Numbered from the stretch's first letter, positions 1 through 10,796 are shown. The stretch: 64,000 bases of DNA from an uncultured Bacteroidota bacterium (GCA_937129385.1 CAKZNC010000100.1:12349-76348), one strand, 5' to 3'. Notes: generated by a model not told the origin, from the sequence alone. Numbers and translations are program-made.

Positions 1-691
1 CGTTCCCGGTATGCATCATTCTCATCATTCCTTCGACCAGGTCGTCCACATACTGGAAACTCCTGGTTTGAGAACCATCACCATAAATTGTAATGTCTTT
101 ATTTTTCAGTGCCTGTACGATAAAATTGGAGACCACCCTTCCATCATTGGGATGCATATTGGGGCCATAAGTGTTAAAGATCCTCACGACTTTGATCTTC
201 ACCTGGTTCTGCTTGTGATAATCCATGAATAGTGTTTCTGCACACCGTTTGCCTTCGTCGTAACATGACCGGGCACCAACCGGATTCACATTGCCCCAGT
301 AAGATTCAGGTTGAGGATGCACCGCGGGATCGCCATAGACTTCACTTGTGGATGCCTGGAGGATTTTGGCCTTGATACGCTTAGCCAGACCAAGCATGTT
401 GATGGCACCCATGACAGAGGTTTTGACTGTTTTAATAGGGTTGTATTGGTAGTGGATAGGGGAGGCGGGGCAGGCCAGGTTATAGATTTCATCCACTTCT
501 GCATAATATGATTGTGTCACGTCGTGCCTGACCAGTTCGAAGAACGGGTGGTCGAGCAGGTGGACAATATTTTTCTTGGATCCGGTAAAATAGTTGTCCA
601 GGCAGATCACGTCATTGCCTTCATTCAACAACCTTTCACATAAATGTGATCCAATAAATCCTGCACCTCCGGTGACGAGTATTCGTTTCAT
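1..691 (-). CDS. UDP-glucuronate decarboxylase (UDP-xylose synthase), C-terminus cut by window edge
   Basis: Not in the ORF track because it has no stop in the window. My translation of the minus strand from the ATG at 691..689 gives [58 protein letters not shown]...[18 protein letters not shown]... It carries a GxxGxxG Rossmann motif and the YDEGKR segment typical of UXS-type SDRs. The start overlaps the ugd stop by 1 nt (TAATG). Confidence 0.85.
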   Translation of the reverse strand, partial: MKRILVTGGAGFIGSHLCERLLNEGNDVICLDNYFTGSKKNIVHLLDHPFFELVRHDVTQSYYAEVDEIYNLACPASPIHYQYNPIKTVKTSVMGAINMLGLAKRIKAKILQASTSEVYGDPAVHPQPESYWGNVNPVGARSCYDEGKRCAETLFMDYHKQNQVKIKVVRIFNTYGPNMHPNDGRVVSNFIVQALKNKDITIYGDGSQTRSFQYVDDLVEGMMRMMHTGN

Positions 692-2025
692 TAATTATTG
701 GCTATCATAGGTTTCCTGCCAATGCTGTAATATGAAAATCCATATTCATGCATTTCCTCAGGTTCGTATATATTCCTTCCATCAAATATAACCTTTTCTT
801 TCATGAGCTTCTCCATCATCCTGTAATTGGGGACCCTGAATTCAGCCCACTCTGTAACAATGACGAGTGCACTGGCATCAAGTACAGCTTCATGTCGGTC
901 CTTGGCATATGCGATTCGGTCTCCGAGTATCCTTTTCGCCTCATCAAAGGCGACGGGATCATAAGCGGTCACCCTTGCACCTGCCTTCAGCAGTGCATTG
1001 ATAATTACCAGTGATGGTGCTTCACGCATATCATCGGTTTCGGGCTTGAATGAAAGTCCCCAGACTGCAATATGCTTATCTTTCAGTGATCCGCCAAAGT
1101 GATCGATCACCTTCCGGCCCACAATGGTCTTTTGATGATCATTTGCATCTTCAACTGATTGCAATATCCTGAGCGGTGCAGCATATTCTTTGCCGGTGCG
1201 CACAAGTGCTTTCACATCTTTAGGAAAACATGACCCCCCGTATCCAGCGCCAGGATAGATGAATTTGTTCCCGATACGCGGATCCGATCCGATCCCTTTT
1301 CTGACCAGGTTTACATCGGCCCCAACCGCCTCGCACAGGTTGGCGATCTCATTCATGAAACTGATCTTTGTGGCCAGCATCGCATTGGCAGCATATTTTG
1401 TCATTTCAGCAGACCGGATATCCATGATGATCACCGGGTGACCGTTCAGCAGGAATGGTTTATACAACCGGTTGATGATCTTTTCTGCACGCTCTGAATC
1501 AGTCCCGACCACAATCCGATCGGGTTTAAGGAAATCGTTTACCGCAGCCCCCTCCTTTAAGAATTCGGGGTTGGATGCCACATCGAATTCGATCTTCGCA
1601 TCCCGGTTCTTCAATTCCTCTGAAATTGCGCTTCTCACCTTTTCCGATGTATTGATCGGCACCGTACTCTTGGTGATCACAACCAGGTATTCCTCCATGT
1701 GACGACCGATCTCCCTGGCAACTGACAATACATACTGGAGATCAGCACTTCCGTCCTCATCCGGAGGTGTGCCCACCGCGATGAATACTGCCTCGCAGTC
1801 CTGGATGCTCTCTTTAAGACTCGTGGAAAATGTAAGCCGCTTCTTTTCGAGATTGTTTTTTATTAGCCTCGTCAGGCCCGGTTCATAGATTGGCACTTCC
1901 CCGTTGCGTAAACGCTCAATCTTCTCTTCATCAATATCCACACAGGCAACCTGTATACCTGTTTCGGCAAAGCATGTTCCAGAAACCAATCCGACATAAC
2001 CTGTGCCTATAACTGCAATTTTCAT
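691..2025 (-). CDS. ugd: UDP-glucose 6-dehydrogenase
   Basis: 444-aa ORF with the NAD-binding N-terminus [16 protein letters not shown] and the catalytic [10 protein letters not shown] motif. Sits directly upstream of the UXS gene. Confidence 0.93.
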   Translation of the reverse strand: MKIAVIGTGYVGLVSGTCFAETGIQVACVDIDEEKIERLRNGEVPIYEPGLTRLIKNNLEKKRLTFSTSLKESIQDCEAVFIAVGTPPDEDGSADLQYVLSVAREIGRHMEEYLVVITKSTVPINTSEKVRSAISEELKNRDAKIEFDVASNPEFLKEGAAVNDFLKPDRIVVGTDSERAEKIINRLYKPFLLNGHPVIIMDIRSAEMTKYAANAMLATKISFMNEIANLCEAVGADVNLVRKGIGSDPRIGNKFIYPGAGYGGSCFPKDVKALVRTGKEYAAPLRILQSVEDANDHQKTIVGRKVIDHFGGSLKDKHIAVWGLSFKPETDDMREAPSLVIINALLKAGARVTAYDPVAFDEAKRILGDRIAYAKDRHEAVLDASALVIVTEWAEFRVPNYRMMEKLMKEKVIFDGRNIYEPEEMHEYGFSYYSIGRKPMIANN

Positions 2026-2171
2026 CTGTTTTGGGTTTTAAGAAATGTAAAGTTAGAGTTTTTCGTACAATGTGCTAAAAGTCTCTGTTGAATTGTTCTA
2101 CAGCATATTTTCACACGCGCAGGATATGGTGTTTATTTTTCTGATATTTAGGGATTTTGCACTAAAAAATG

Positions 2172-2179
2172 TATCTTTG
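2172..2179 (+). promoter_or_regulatory. Candidate Bacteroidota -7 promoter box (TATCTTTG) for rpsA
   Basis: Matches the TAnnTTTG consensus 57 nt upstream of the rpsA ATG. I saw no well-spaced -33 TTTG. Confidence 0.35.
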
Positions 2180-2235
2180 CGGCTCGATTAAATAAACTAT
2201 AATGTCTAACTTATTAATTTTAAACAATTTGTCTA

Positions 2236-4434
2236 ATGAGTGAAAAGGAAAAAGACACTTTGAACGAAGAACAAAATTCTGCTCAGAGTGCTAATGAAAA
2301 CAACGAAAAAACCGGAAAAGAGGTAGCGGAAAACATGGAGGAAGTGGAAGCGAAGAAATCAGATGAGGTAAAAGAAGAAGCCCCGACTGCAGAAAATGCC
2401 CCTGAAGAGGCTGAAACCAAAAAAGAAGAAACTGCGAAGTCAGAACAGGCCGAAACTCCTGAAACTGCTGAAAAAGCAGATGATCCTGCTGAAAAGAAAA
2501 CAGATGAAACTGCCGAAGTGAAGGCAGAATCAAAAGAAGAAATTAAATCAGAACCCGCGGAAGCAAAAGCTGAAAAAAGCGAAACTCCTGAAGCCACTGC
2601 AGCAGAGCAAAAAACTGCCTATAATGCGGATGCTACTGAAGGTGATGCAGACTTTGACTGGGATACATTTGGTGCCGATGTTCTTGATGAAACTGTAGAA
2701 GACCAGGAGAAACTGGAGGAGTTGTACAGCAACACACTTTCAACAATTGCCGAGAATGAGGTGATTGACGGAAAAGTGATCTCCATGAACAAGCGGGAAG
2801 TCGTGATCAACATTGGTTACAAATCCGAAGGTGTTGTTTCTCTCAATGAGTTCCGCTATAATCCTGAATTAAAGGCGGGCGATACCGTTGAGGTGTATGT
2901 TGAGAGCCAGGAAGATAAGAAAGGACAGCTTGTGCTTTCCCATAAGAAAGCTCGTGCAATGAGGTCATGGGACCGTGTCAACCAGGCACTGGATCAGGAC
3001 GAAGTGATCAAAGGCTACATCAAGTGCCGTACAAAAGGAGGTATGATTGTGGATGTATTCGGTATTGAAGCGTTCCTTCCGGGTTCCCAGATCGACGTCA
3101 AGCCTATCCGCGACTATGATGCATATGTTGACAAGACCATGGAATTCAAGGTGGTGAAGATTAACCACGAATTCAAGAACGTCGTGGTATCACACAAAGC
3201 ACTGATAGAGGAAGAGCTCGAACAGCAGAAGAAAGAGATCATCGCTAAACTTGAAAAAGGCCAGGTACTTGAAGGTGCCGTCAAGAACATTACTTCATAC
3301 GGTGTATTTATCGATCTGGGTGGTGTTGACGGACTCATTCATATCACCGACCTTTCATGGGGACGAGTCAATCATCCTGAAGAGATCCTTTCACTTGATG
3401 AAAAACTCAACGTGGTGATCCTTGATTTCGATGATGATAAGAAACGTATTGCACTTGGTCTGAAACAACTTACCCCGCACCCATGGGATTCACTTGATGA
3501 AAACCTGAAAGTGGGTGACAAAGTGAAAGGAAAGGTTGTCGTTATGGCTGACTATGGAGCGTTTATAGAAATTGCTCCGGGCGTTGAAGGACTGATCCAC
3601 GTTTCAGAAATGAGCTGGTCACAGCACCTGAAGAGTGCCCAGGAATTTATGAAAGTTGGTGACGAAGTGGAAGCTGTCATCCTTACCCTGGACAGGGAAG
3701 AAAGAAAGATGTCGCTGGGCATCAAGCAACTGAAAGAAGATCCATGGGATGAAGTACAGGAAAAATTTGCTGTGGGTACGAAACATACAGCAAAAGTTCG
3801 TAACTTTACTAACTTCGGTGTGTTTGTTGAAATCGAAGAAGGCGTTGACGGCCTGATTCATATTTCAGATCTTTCATGGACGAAGAAAGTGAAACATCCG
3901 GCAGAATTTACTTCCATTGGAGCTGACATTGAGGTGGTTGTTCTGGAAATTGACATTGAAAACCGTCGATTGAGCCTTGGTCATAAACAGCTGGAAGAGA
4001 ATCCCTGGGATGTATTTGAATCAGTTTTTGAAGTTGATTCAATTCACGAAGGAACGATCGTTGAATTAATGGACAAGGGTGCAGTCGTTGCACTTCCCTA
4101 TGGTGTGGAAGGATTTGTTACTCCAAAACACCTTGTAAAGGAGGATGGATCATCTGCAAAACAGGACGAAAAATTATCTTTTAAGGTAATTGAGTTCAAT
4201 AAGTCGGCAAAAAAGATTATCTTGTCTCATAGCCGAATTCATGAAGATGAGAATAGACAGTCTTCAGGGAAGTCAGGAAAGTCAGAAAAGCAGTCTGCTG
4301 CTGCTGACACACGGAGAACGGCCAAGAAAATCAAGAGCAATCTTGAGAAAACAACGCTTGGTGACATTTCCGATCTTGCTGCACTGAAGAATGAAATGGA
4401 AGAGAATGAGAAGAATAAGGCTGGAAAAAAGTAA
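2236..4434 (+). CDS. rpsA: 30S ribosomal protein S1 with ~135-aa acidic N-terminal extension
   Basis: 732-aa ORF with six S1/OB repeats, e.g. GKVISMNKREVVINIGYKSEGVV, GAVKNITSYGVFIDLGGVDGLIHITDLSW, GKVVVMADYGAFIEIAPGVEGLIHVSEMSW and AKVRNFTNFGVFVEIEEGVDGLIHISDLSW. Confidence 0.93.
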   Translation: MSEKEKDTLNEEQNSAQSANENNEKTGKEVAENMEEVEAKKSDEVKEEAPTAENAPEEAETKKEETAKSEQAETPETAEKADDPAEKKTDETAEVKAESKEEIKSEPAEAKAEKSETPEATAAEQKTAYNADATEGDADFDWDTFGADVLDETVEDQEKLEELYSNTLSTIAENEVIDGKVISMNKREVVINIGYKSEGVVSLNEFRYNPELKAGDTVEVYVESQEDKKGQLVLSHKKARAMRSWDRVNQALDQDEVIKGYIKCRTKGGMIVDVFGIEAFLPGSQIDVKPIRDYDAYVDKTMEFKVVKINHEFKNVVVSHKALIEEELEQQKKEIIAKLEKGQVLEGAVKNITSYGVFIDLGGVDGLIHITDLSWGRVNHPEEILSLDEKLNVVILDFDDDKKRIALGLKQLTPHPWDSLDENLKVGDKVKGKVVVMADYGAFIEIAPGVEGLIHVSEMSWSQHLKSAQEFMKVGDEVEAVILTLDREERKMSLGIKQLKEDPWDEVQEKFAVGTKHTAKVRNFTNFGVFVEIEEGVDGLIHISDLSWTKKVKHPAEFTSIGADIEVVVLEIDIENRRLSLGHKQLEENPWDVFESVFEVDSIHEGTIVELMDKGAVVALPYGVEGFVTPKHLVKEDGSSAKQDEKLSFKVIEFNKSAKKIILSHSRIHEDENRQSSGKSGKSEKQSAAADTRRTAKKIKSNLEKTTLGDISDLAALKNEMEENEKNKAGKK

Positions 4435-4464
4435 TGTATTACAATAAAAATTAAAATTTCAGCT

Positions 4465-4812
4465 ATGGAGTTCAAAATTGACAAATTTGAAAACCATACT
4501 TTGATCAAAGTATTGGAAGAAAAACTGGATACGCATATCGCCCCGACACTTAAGTCGGAGCTGGTACTTGTTTCCGGGAATGGCGAAAAAAATATCGTGC
4601 TCGATCTCGAGAACTGTCGCTATTGTGATTCTTCTGGTCTGAGTGCGATCCTGGTGGCCAACAGGCTTTGCAAAAATGCAAGCGGTACATTTGTGCTGGC
4701 AGGACTGAATGATGCAGTGGAAAGACTGATCACAATCTCTCAACTCGATACGGTTCTGAACATTGCAGATTCTGTGGACGAGGCAGAAAAAATGATCAAG
4801 GAAGCTGAGTAA
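4465..4812 (+). CDS. STAS-domain protein (anti-sigma-factor antagonist family)
   Basis: 115-aa ORF of SpoIIAA/RsbV-like size and pattern. The conserved phospho-Ser motif is present in LDLENCRYCDSSGLSAIL. Confidence 0.85.
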   Translation: MEFKIDKFENHTLIKVLEEKLDTHIAPTLKSELVLVSGNGEKNIVLDLENCRYCDSSGLSAILVANRLCKNASGTFVLAGLNDAVERLITISQLDTVLNIADSVDEAEKMIKEAE

Positions 4813-4827
4813 ATACAGATACATTTC

Positions 4828-5754
4828 GTGTCTTTTGAACTGATAATTTTGGGTAGCAGCTCCGCATTGCCTACCTCAAAACGATCAACAACCGCTCATT
4901 TATTGAATATGAATGAGCGGTTTTTTTTGATCGATTGCGGAGAAGGTACGCAGATTCAGCTCCGTAAAAATAAACTCAGTCCGGCCCGGATCAACCATAT
5001 CTTTATTTCCCACCTGCATGGGGACCATGTTTTCGGATTGTTTGGACTGATGTCAAGCCTGGGACTGATGGGCCGCAAAGCTGTTCTGAACCTCTATGGT
5101 CCGGCTGCACTCAGGGACATGGTCGAACATCACCTGGAATTCTTTGGACCACTGCCCTACGCACTCGATTTTCATACCTGTAAGGCAGGTACCCCCATCT
5201 ATGAGGATTCCAGGAACGAGGTGATCCCCATTCGACTGAAACACAGAACCGAAACCTATGGATACCTCTTCAGGGAGAAAGCACGTATGCTCAATATTGA
5301 CAAAAAAGCCATCGACCGATACAACCTGGGCCTGGAAGATATCAAACATGTCAAGCAAGGGAAAGACCATCAAACCGATTCCGGGGAGATCATATCAAAC
5401 AGCGATCTTACACTTCCTCCATATAAACAACGCTCCTATGCATTCCTTTCGGATACCGGCTATGATCCGGGAATCCCTGAATTAATACGGGAGGTCGATC
5501 TGCTGTACCATGAGGCAACTTTCCTTGAGGCTGACAGTGATCTTGCCAGGCAGACTTTGCATTCAACAGCAAGTCAGGCCGCGATGGTAGCAAAGGAGGC
5601 CCGGGCAGGAAAATTACTGATCGGCCATTTCTCAACACGGTATAAATCTGAAAATGACTTTATCTCGGAAGCAGGTCAGATCTTTGAGAATGTTACCGCT
5701 GTGAACGATGGTGACCGATTCACTCTTGATCTTACCAGGGTCAGGAAGGAATGA
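4828..5754 (+). CDS. rnz: Ribonuclease Z (tRNA 3' endonuclease)
   Basis: 308-aa ORF with a GTG start. Metallo-beta-lactamase HLHGDH motif, and an N-terminus (LIILGSSSALPTSKRSTTAHLL...FLIDCGEGTQ) typical of RNase Z. Confidence 0.9.
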   Translation: MSFELIILGSSSALPTSKRSTTAHLLNMNERFFLIDCGEGTQIQLRKNKLSPARINHIFISHLHGDHVFGLFGLMSSLGLMGRKAVLNLYGPAALRDMVEHHLEFFGPLPYALDFHTCKAGTPIYEDSRNEVIPIRLKHRTETYGYLFREKARMLNIDKKAIDRYNLGLEDIKHVKQGKDHQTDSGEIISNSDLTLPPYKQRSYAFLSDTGYDPGIPELIREVDLLYHEATFLEADSDLARQTLHSTASQAAMVAKEARAGKLLIGHFSTRYKSENDFISEAGQIFENVTAVNDGDRFTLDLTRVRKE

Positions 5755-5825
5755 TTTATTCAGGGCATTCCTTCGTGGACATATAAAATGTGCTAATTTT
5801 ACGGTTTTAAAAATCATATATTATT

Positions 5826-7355
5826 GTGGCAGAGAAAATACTTATCCTGGACTTCGGATCTCAATATACACAGCTGATCGCACGTAAAGTGAGGGAAAAC
5901 AATGTCTATTGTGAAATACATCCCTATAATGCCTACCCTGAACCGGATGAAGATGTAAAAGGAGTCATCCTCTCCGGAAGTCCGTTCTCGGTCAGGGATG
6001 ACAATGCACCAATCCCAGATATAACCTCCATCAAAGGCAAACTCCCGCTCCTGGGAATCTGCTATGGAGCGCAATATCTCTCCCATTATTATGGTGGCGA
6101 AGTAGCTGCATCAGATTCCAGGGAATATGGAAGGGCCAGGCTGAACAGTATCGATTCCACAAATGTATTGCTGAAAGATATTCCCATACAGACACAGGTG
6201 TGGATGTCTCATGGTGATACGATCCGGAATCTTCCTGAAAAGTGCCAAGTCATTGCCAGCACTGGAGATGTGGAGGTAGGTGCTTATGCATCAAAGGATG
6301 AACCTACATTCGGATTGCAGTTCCACCCAGAAGTATACCATACAACAGAAGGAAAAAAGATCCTGGGTAATTTCCTGCGGGATATTTGTGGATGCCACCA
6401 GGAGTGGACTCCCGAGTCTTTCATCGAGGCAACCGTGTCGGAGTTGAAAAGAAAGCTAGGTAGTGACAATGTGGTGCTGGGCCTGTCAGGAGGAGTGGAT
6501 TCTTCAGTTGCCGCGATGCTCCTTCACAAGGCAATAGGACCACAGCTCACCTGTATCTTCGTAGATAACGGATTGCTGAGAAAAAATGAGTTTGAGGAAG
6601 TCCTGGTATCATATAAGGATATGGGACTGAATGTTGTCGGGGTTGACGCAAAGGAAAAATTCCTTGCCGACCTGAAGGGAATCAGTGACCCTGAACTGAA
6701 AAGAAAAAGCATCGGTAAAAATTTTATAGAAGTATTCGAGTCTGAAGCTAAAAAGCTCAAACAGATCAAATGGCTGGGCCAGGGAACCATCTACCCCGAT
6801 GTGATCGAGTCTGTCTCCGTAAACGGACCCTCTGTGACCATCAAATCTCATCATAATGTGGGCGGTCTTCCTGAGAAGATGAACCTTAAGGTGGTGGAGC
6901 CGCTGAGACTTCTTTTCAAAGATGAAGTGAGAAAAGTCGGGTATAAACTGAAAATTGGAAGCCATATCCTGAAAAGACACCCATTCCCGGGCCCCGGACT
7001 TGGAATCAGGGTATTGGGCGAAGTAACGCCAGAAAAAGTCGGGCTCGCCCAGGAGGCGGACCACATTTTTATCCGTGGACTTAAGGAATATGGTTTGTAT
7101 GACCGTGTCTGGCAAGCAGGAGCAATGCTACTTCCGGTACAATCGGTCGGTGTAATGGGGGATGAACGTACCTATGAATTTGTTGTGGCCCTCCGGGCAG
7201 TAACTGCAACGGATGGTATGACGGCAGACTGGGCCCATCTTCCAGATGCATTCCTGAGTAAGGTATCCAACGATATCATCAACAAGGTTCGGGGAATCAA
7301 CCGGGTGGTCTATGATATCAGCTCCAAGCCACCTGCCACCATCGAATGGGAGTAA
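5826..7355 (+). CDS. guaA: GMP synthase (glutamine-hydrolysing)
   Basis: 509-aa ORF with a class-I amidotransferase domain (LLGICYGAQ), the ATP-PPase P-loop GLSGGVDSS, and the C-terminal end ...[10 protein letters not shown]. Confidence 0.95.
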   Translation: MAEKILILDFGSQYTQLIARKVRENNVYCEIHPYNAYPEPDEDVKGVILSGSPFSVRDDNAPIPDITSIKGKLPLLGICYGAQYLSHYYGGEVAASDSREYGRARLNSIDSTNVLLKDIPIQTQVWMSHGDTIRNLPEKCQVIASTGDVEVGAYASKDEPTFGLQFHPEVYHTTEGKKILGNFLRDICGCHQEWTPESFIEATVSELKRKLGSDNVVLGLSGGVDSSVAAMLLHKAIGPQLTCIFVDNGLLRKNEFEEVLVSYKDMGLNVVGVDAKEKFLADLKGISDPELKRKSIGKNFIEVFESEAKKLKQIKWLGQGTIYPDVIESVSVNGPSVTIKSHHNVGGLPEKMNLKVVEPLRLLFKDEVRKVGYKLKIGSHILKRHPFPGPGLGIRVLGEVTPEKVGLAQEADHIFIRGLKEYGLYDRVWQAGAMLLPVQSVGVMGDERTYEFVVALRAVTATDGMTADWAHLPDAFLSKVSNDIINKVRGINRVVYDISSKPPATIEWE

Positions 7356-7412
7356 ACACAACAATTTGATTTTATTGAGGTTAATAATTATACAAACCAA
7401 TAATAAAGGCGT

Positions 7413-8993
7413 ATGACTTTTTTTAGCAGGACAGTGTTAAGTCTGATTTTAATTGTCACAGTCACGGGTCTGAATGCCCAGTTTGATGTGAACGGACTTA
7501 AACTGATGGAGGTGATGGATAAAGTGAGCCGCTACTATGTGGATTCACTGGACGAGGGTAAATTCGTTGAAAATACGATCGAACAGATGCTGCATGAACT
7601 GGATCCGCACTCTGCTTATATCACGGCTGAAGAGTTGAAGGAGATCAGTGAACAGCTCAGCGGTGAGTTCGAAGGAATCGGTGTTTCATTCAATATACTC
7701 GAAGATACCATTTTTATTGTCGGAACCATACAGGGAGGGCCTTCTGAAAGGGTTGGTATCCTAGCAGGAGACAGGATCATAGAAGTGGATGGAGAAAATG
7801 TTGCCGGTATCGGGATTACAACGGCAGGCGTGCAAAAAAGACTCAAGGGAGAAAAAGGCACCCAGGTGGATGTAAAGGTGCTCAGAAAATCAACCGAAAA
7901 TGTAATGGATTTTGCAATCGTCCGTGACAAGATCCCGGTGTATAGCCTGGATGCTTCCTACATGGTGAACGACGATATTGGCTATATCAAACTGTCCAGG
8001 TTCTCACAGACGACAGCTGATGAATTTGAGGAGGCTTTGAAAGAGCTCCAGGCTTCAGGGATGGAAAATCTGATCCTTGATCTGAGTGGAAATGGTGGAG
8101 GCTATCTCAGGATCGCCATTGAGCTTGCCGATCATTTTTTGACCGGCGGCAGGAGAATAGTTTATACCGAAGGAGATAAGGTTCAGAGAAGAGACTACAA
8201 GGCGACCGCCAGGGGGTTGTTTGAAGATGGAAGGCTTGTGATCATGATCGATGAGAATTCTGCCTCTGCCAGTGAAATTGTCAGCGGAGCAGTTCAGGAG
8301 TGGGACCGGGGTGTGATTGTAGGAAGAAGATCATTCGGTAAGGGATTGGTGCAACAGCCATTCAGGCTAAATGACGGATCTGAAATGAGACTGACCATCG
8401 CCAGATATTATACCCCCACAGGCAGATTGATCCAAAAGTCCTATGAAGAAGGATATGAGGATTATACCAGGGACATCGTGAATCGTTTCAATTCAGGTGA
8501 ATTGATCAGCAAAGACAGCATTCTCTTCCCGGAAGCGGACAAATATAAAACGCTTGTCAAAGGCAGAACCATCTATGGCGGTGGAGGGATCATGCCCGAC
8601 TATTTCGTGCCGTTTGATACAACTTCATTTTCGGAATACTACAGGCAGCTGATTAGCCTGGGAGTCTTTAACAGGTTTGTACTCGGTTTCGTGGATGAAA
8701 ACCGACCGGCCCTTGAACGAAAATACAGGAATTTTAATGCTTTCAGGCAGAAGTTCAATCCCGGTGAATACATGGATGAACTGATAAGTTTTGCTGAGCA
8801 GGAAGGGGTGACCTTTAATGAAGCAGACTGGGAGTTGTCAGGTGACCGGATCGCCTTGTTGTTTAAAGCATATGTAGCAAGAGATCTCTGGGAGACCGGA
8901 AATTTTTTCGAGATTTACAATGAGTCCGATCCAATTTATCATAAAGCAAAAGAGATTCTTGAAGATCCAAGCTACTATGTGGATAAACTTTGA
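7413..8993 (+). CDS. S41 family C-terminal processing peptidase
   Basis: 526-aa ORF with a signal peptide, a PDZ-like segment (GILAGDRIIEVDG) and the S41 core (DLSGNGGG, ENSASASE, RRSFGKGLVQ). Confidence 0.9.
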   Translation: MTFFSRTVLSLILIVTVTGLNAQFDVNGLKLMEVMDKVSRYYVDSLDEGKFVENTIEQMLHELDPHSAYITAEELKEISEQLSGEFEGIGVSFNILEDTIFIVGTIQGGPSERVGILAGDRIIEVDGENVAGIGITTAGVQKRLKGEKGTQVDVKVLRKSTENVMDFAIVRDKIPVYSLDASYMVNDDIGYIKLSRFSQTTADEFEEALKELQASGMENLILDLSGNGGGYLRIAIELADHFLTGGRRIVYTEGDKVQRRDYKATARGLFEDGRLVIMIDENSASASEIVSGAVQEWDRGVIVGRRSFGKGLVQQPFRLNDGSEMRLTIARYYTPTGRLIQKSYEEGYEDYTRDIVNRFNSGELISKDSILFPEADKYKTLVKGRTIYGGGGIMPDYFVPFDTTSFSEYYRQLISLGVFNRFVLGFVDENRPALERKYRNFNAFRQKFNPGEYMDELISFAEQEGVTFNEADWELSGDRIALLFKAYVARDLWETGNFFEIYNESDPIYHKAKEILEDPSYYVDKL

Positions 8994-9007
8994 GGAGGAC
9001 CGGGTCG

Positions 9008-9616
9008 ATGATTGATTGGCTTTCGGCAAATTATATTGAGGTTACCGGGGTGATCCTCAGTATCATTTACCTCCTCCTCAGTATACGTCAAAGTATTTAT
9101 CTATGGCCTGTCGGACTGCTGAGCGCAGTGATGTACATCGTTGTCTTTTACGAGGCTAAATTCTATGCCGACATGGGACTGAATGGGTATTATTTTGTGA
9201 TCAGTATATACGGATGGATTAACTGGTCGGGAGCCAACAGGAAGAAGGCGTCTGAACTTCAAGTTGTGCGAACAGGTGTCCGAAGAGCCATGATACTTGC
9301 CGGTGCTGCCATCCTTCTCTTTTTCCTGCTCGGTTTCCTGCTGGATCAGTATACCGATTCACCCATTCCATACTGGGATGCACTTACTACCTCCGGCAGT
9401 ATAGTGGCAACGTGGATGCTGACAAAGAAGATGCTGGAGCACTGGCTCATATGGATCTTTATCGACCTGGTATCAATGACACTGTATGTCTATAGGGGAC
9501 TCTACCCGACAGTAATACTTTTTGCAATATACACAGCAATGGCAGTGGTGGGATATATCAAGTGGAAAAGATCCTTCGCCAAAGCAAGGGAGGAAAAACA
9601 CATGGTGGAAGAATAA
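9008..9616 (+). CDS. pnuC: Nicotinamide riboside transporter PnuC
   Basis: Multi-TM protein with PnuC-like motifs (WPVGLLSAVMYIVVFYEAKFYADMGLNGYYFVISIYGWINW). The ORF track starts at a TTG at 8990. I prefer the first ATG at 9008 (MIDWLSANY...). Confidence 0.82.
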   Translation: MIDWLSANYIEVTGVILSIIYLLLSIRQSIYLWPVGLLSAVMYIVVFYEAKFYADMGLNGYYFVISIYGWINWSGANRKKASELQVVRTGVRRAMILAGAAILLFFLLGFLLDQYTDSPIPYWDALTTSGSIVATWMLTKKMLEHWLIWIFIDLVSMTLYVYRGLYPTVILFAIYTAMAVVGYIKWKRSFAKAREEKHMVEE

Positions 9617-9644
9617 TCATTACTTTCAATGTAAATTATCAGCA

Positions 9645-10796
9645 ATGCAAGCATTTCACGCAAAGACTCTGAAAGGATTTGAGCACATACTGGCTGGTGA
9701 ACTCAGGGAGCTTGGTGCTTCAGAGGTTAAACCAGTCAACAGGGGGGTGAATTTCTCAGGTTCTCTTTCTTTATTGTATAAAGCCAACTTCTGCCTGCGA
9801 ACAGCGCTCAGAATACTTATCCCTGTTGCAAAATTCCGCGTACACAATGAGGATATGCTCTATAAGAAGATCAAAGCCATCGACTGGTCGGCATACATGT
9901 CATACAAAAACTCCTTTGCAATCGATGCAGTTACTTTTTCAAAGGTATTCAGGAACAACCATTACGTCGAATTGAAAGTGAAAGATGCCATTGCAGATCA
10001 GTTCCGGGAAAAAACCTCCCTGCGACCCTCAGTGGATCTGAAGCACGCTGATATTCGCATCAACGTACATGTTCAGGATACCTTTTTTACCATCTCACTG
10101 GATAGTTCAGGGGAGTCCCTTCACAGGAGAGGATACCGCAAACATGCACATGAGGCATCTCTTAGCGAGGTATTGGCTGCAGGAATGGTACTGCTGACCG
10201 GGTGGAAAGGGGAGGAGCCATTGTACAACCCCATGTGCGGGTCCGGGACAATTGCCCTGGAAGCTGCTATGATCGCTTCAAAGTTGTATCCGGGGATCAC
10301 TGGCAGAACCTATAGTTTTCAAAACTGGCCTGATTATGATGCACTCCTGTTTGAGAGGATGCTGGAATCCCTACCGGAACCCGTTGATCTTAAAGTACCT
10401 GTAATTGCATCAGATGCAGATCCGGCAGCAGTCAGAATGTCAAAGAACAACGCACGGGGTATTGAAATGGAAAAGCAGTTGATCATACGGAAAGAGAATT
10501 TCCTGCAATCAGAACCTTCTGAGGGTGAAGGCCTGGTGATCATGAACCCACCCTACGGGGAGCGACTGGAGACTGAGAATATCAACAAGCTATACGGAGA
10601 AATAGGTTCAGTACTCAAACACCAGTACGCAGGATCAACAGCATGGGTATTCAGTGCAAACAGGGAAGCGGTCAATAACCTGGGTTTGAAACCAGGAAAA
10701 AAACTGACTCTGTTCAACGGACCCCTTGAATGCAGTTATTTGAAATATACGATGTTTAGCGGTACACGAAAAGAATTTAAGGATCAATCAGTGTAG
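9645..10796 (+). CDS. THUMP-domain class I SAM-dependent RNA methyltransferase (RlmL/YpsC-like)
   Basis: Shows THUMP-like N-terminal organisation, the SAM site NPMCGSGTIALEAA and the catalytic NPPYGERL. The ORF-track start at 9522 overlaps pnuC, so I prefer the ATG at 9645 (MQAFHAKTLKGFE...). Confidence 0.85.
   Translation: MQAFHAKTLKGFEHILAGELRELGASEVKPVNRGVNFSGSLSLLYKANFCLRTALRILIPVAKFRVHNEDMLYKKIKAIDWSAYMSYKNSFAIDAVTFSKVFRNNHYVELKVKDAIADQFREKTSLRPSVDLKHADIRINVHVQDTFFTISLDSSGESLHRRGYRKHAHEASLSEVLAAGMVLLTGWKGEEPLYNPMCGSGTIALEAAMIASKLYPGITGRTYSFQNWPDYDALLFERMLESLPEPVDLKVPVIASDADPAAVRMSKNNARGIEMEKQLIIRKENFLQSEPSEGEGLVIMNPPYGERLETENINKLYGEIGSVLKHQYAGSTAWVFSANREAVNNLGLKPGKKLTLFNGPLECSYLKYTMFSGTRKEFKDQSV

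Noticed and set aside
2283-2597. Repetitive GAA/GCT-rich DNA at the 5' end of rpsA, considered as a possible tandem-repeat or non-coding element, together with its 104-aa Ser/Ala-rich antisense ORF.
   Set aside because: The repeats are imperfect and stay in frame with the S1 reading frame, so they encode an E/K/A/T-rich tail. The antisense ORF is the mirror image of that composition. I treat it as a coding low-complexity extension (see the S1 finding).
9522-9644. N-terminal extensions of ORF-track entries: 9522 (THUMP methyltransferase), 41610 (DoxX-like), 50887 (rsmE), 20532 (gcvT), 16418 and 15886 (lipoprotein and PepSY_TM), 59711 (pheA).
   Set aside because: Each extension overlaps the neighbouring gene or adds non-homologous residues ahead of a canonical N-terminus or signal peptide that begins at an internal ATG. 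I used the internal starts instead.
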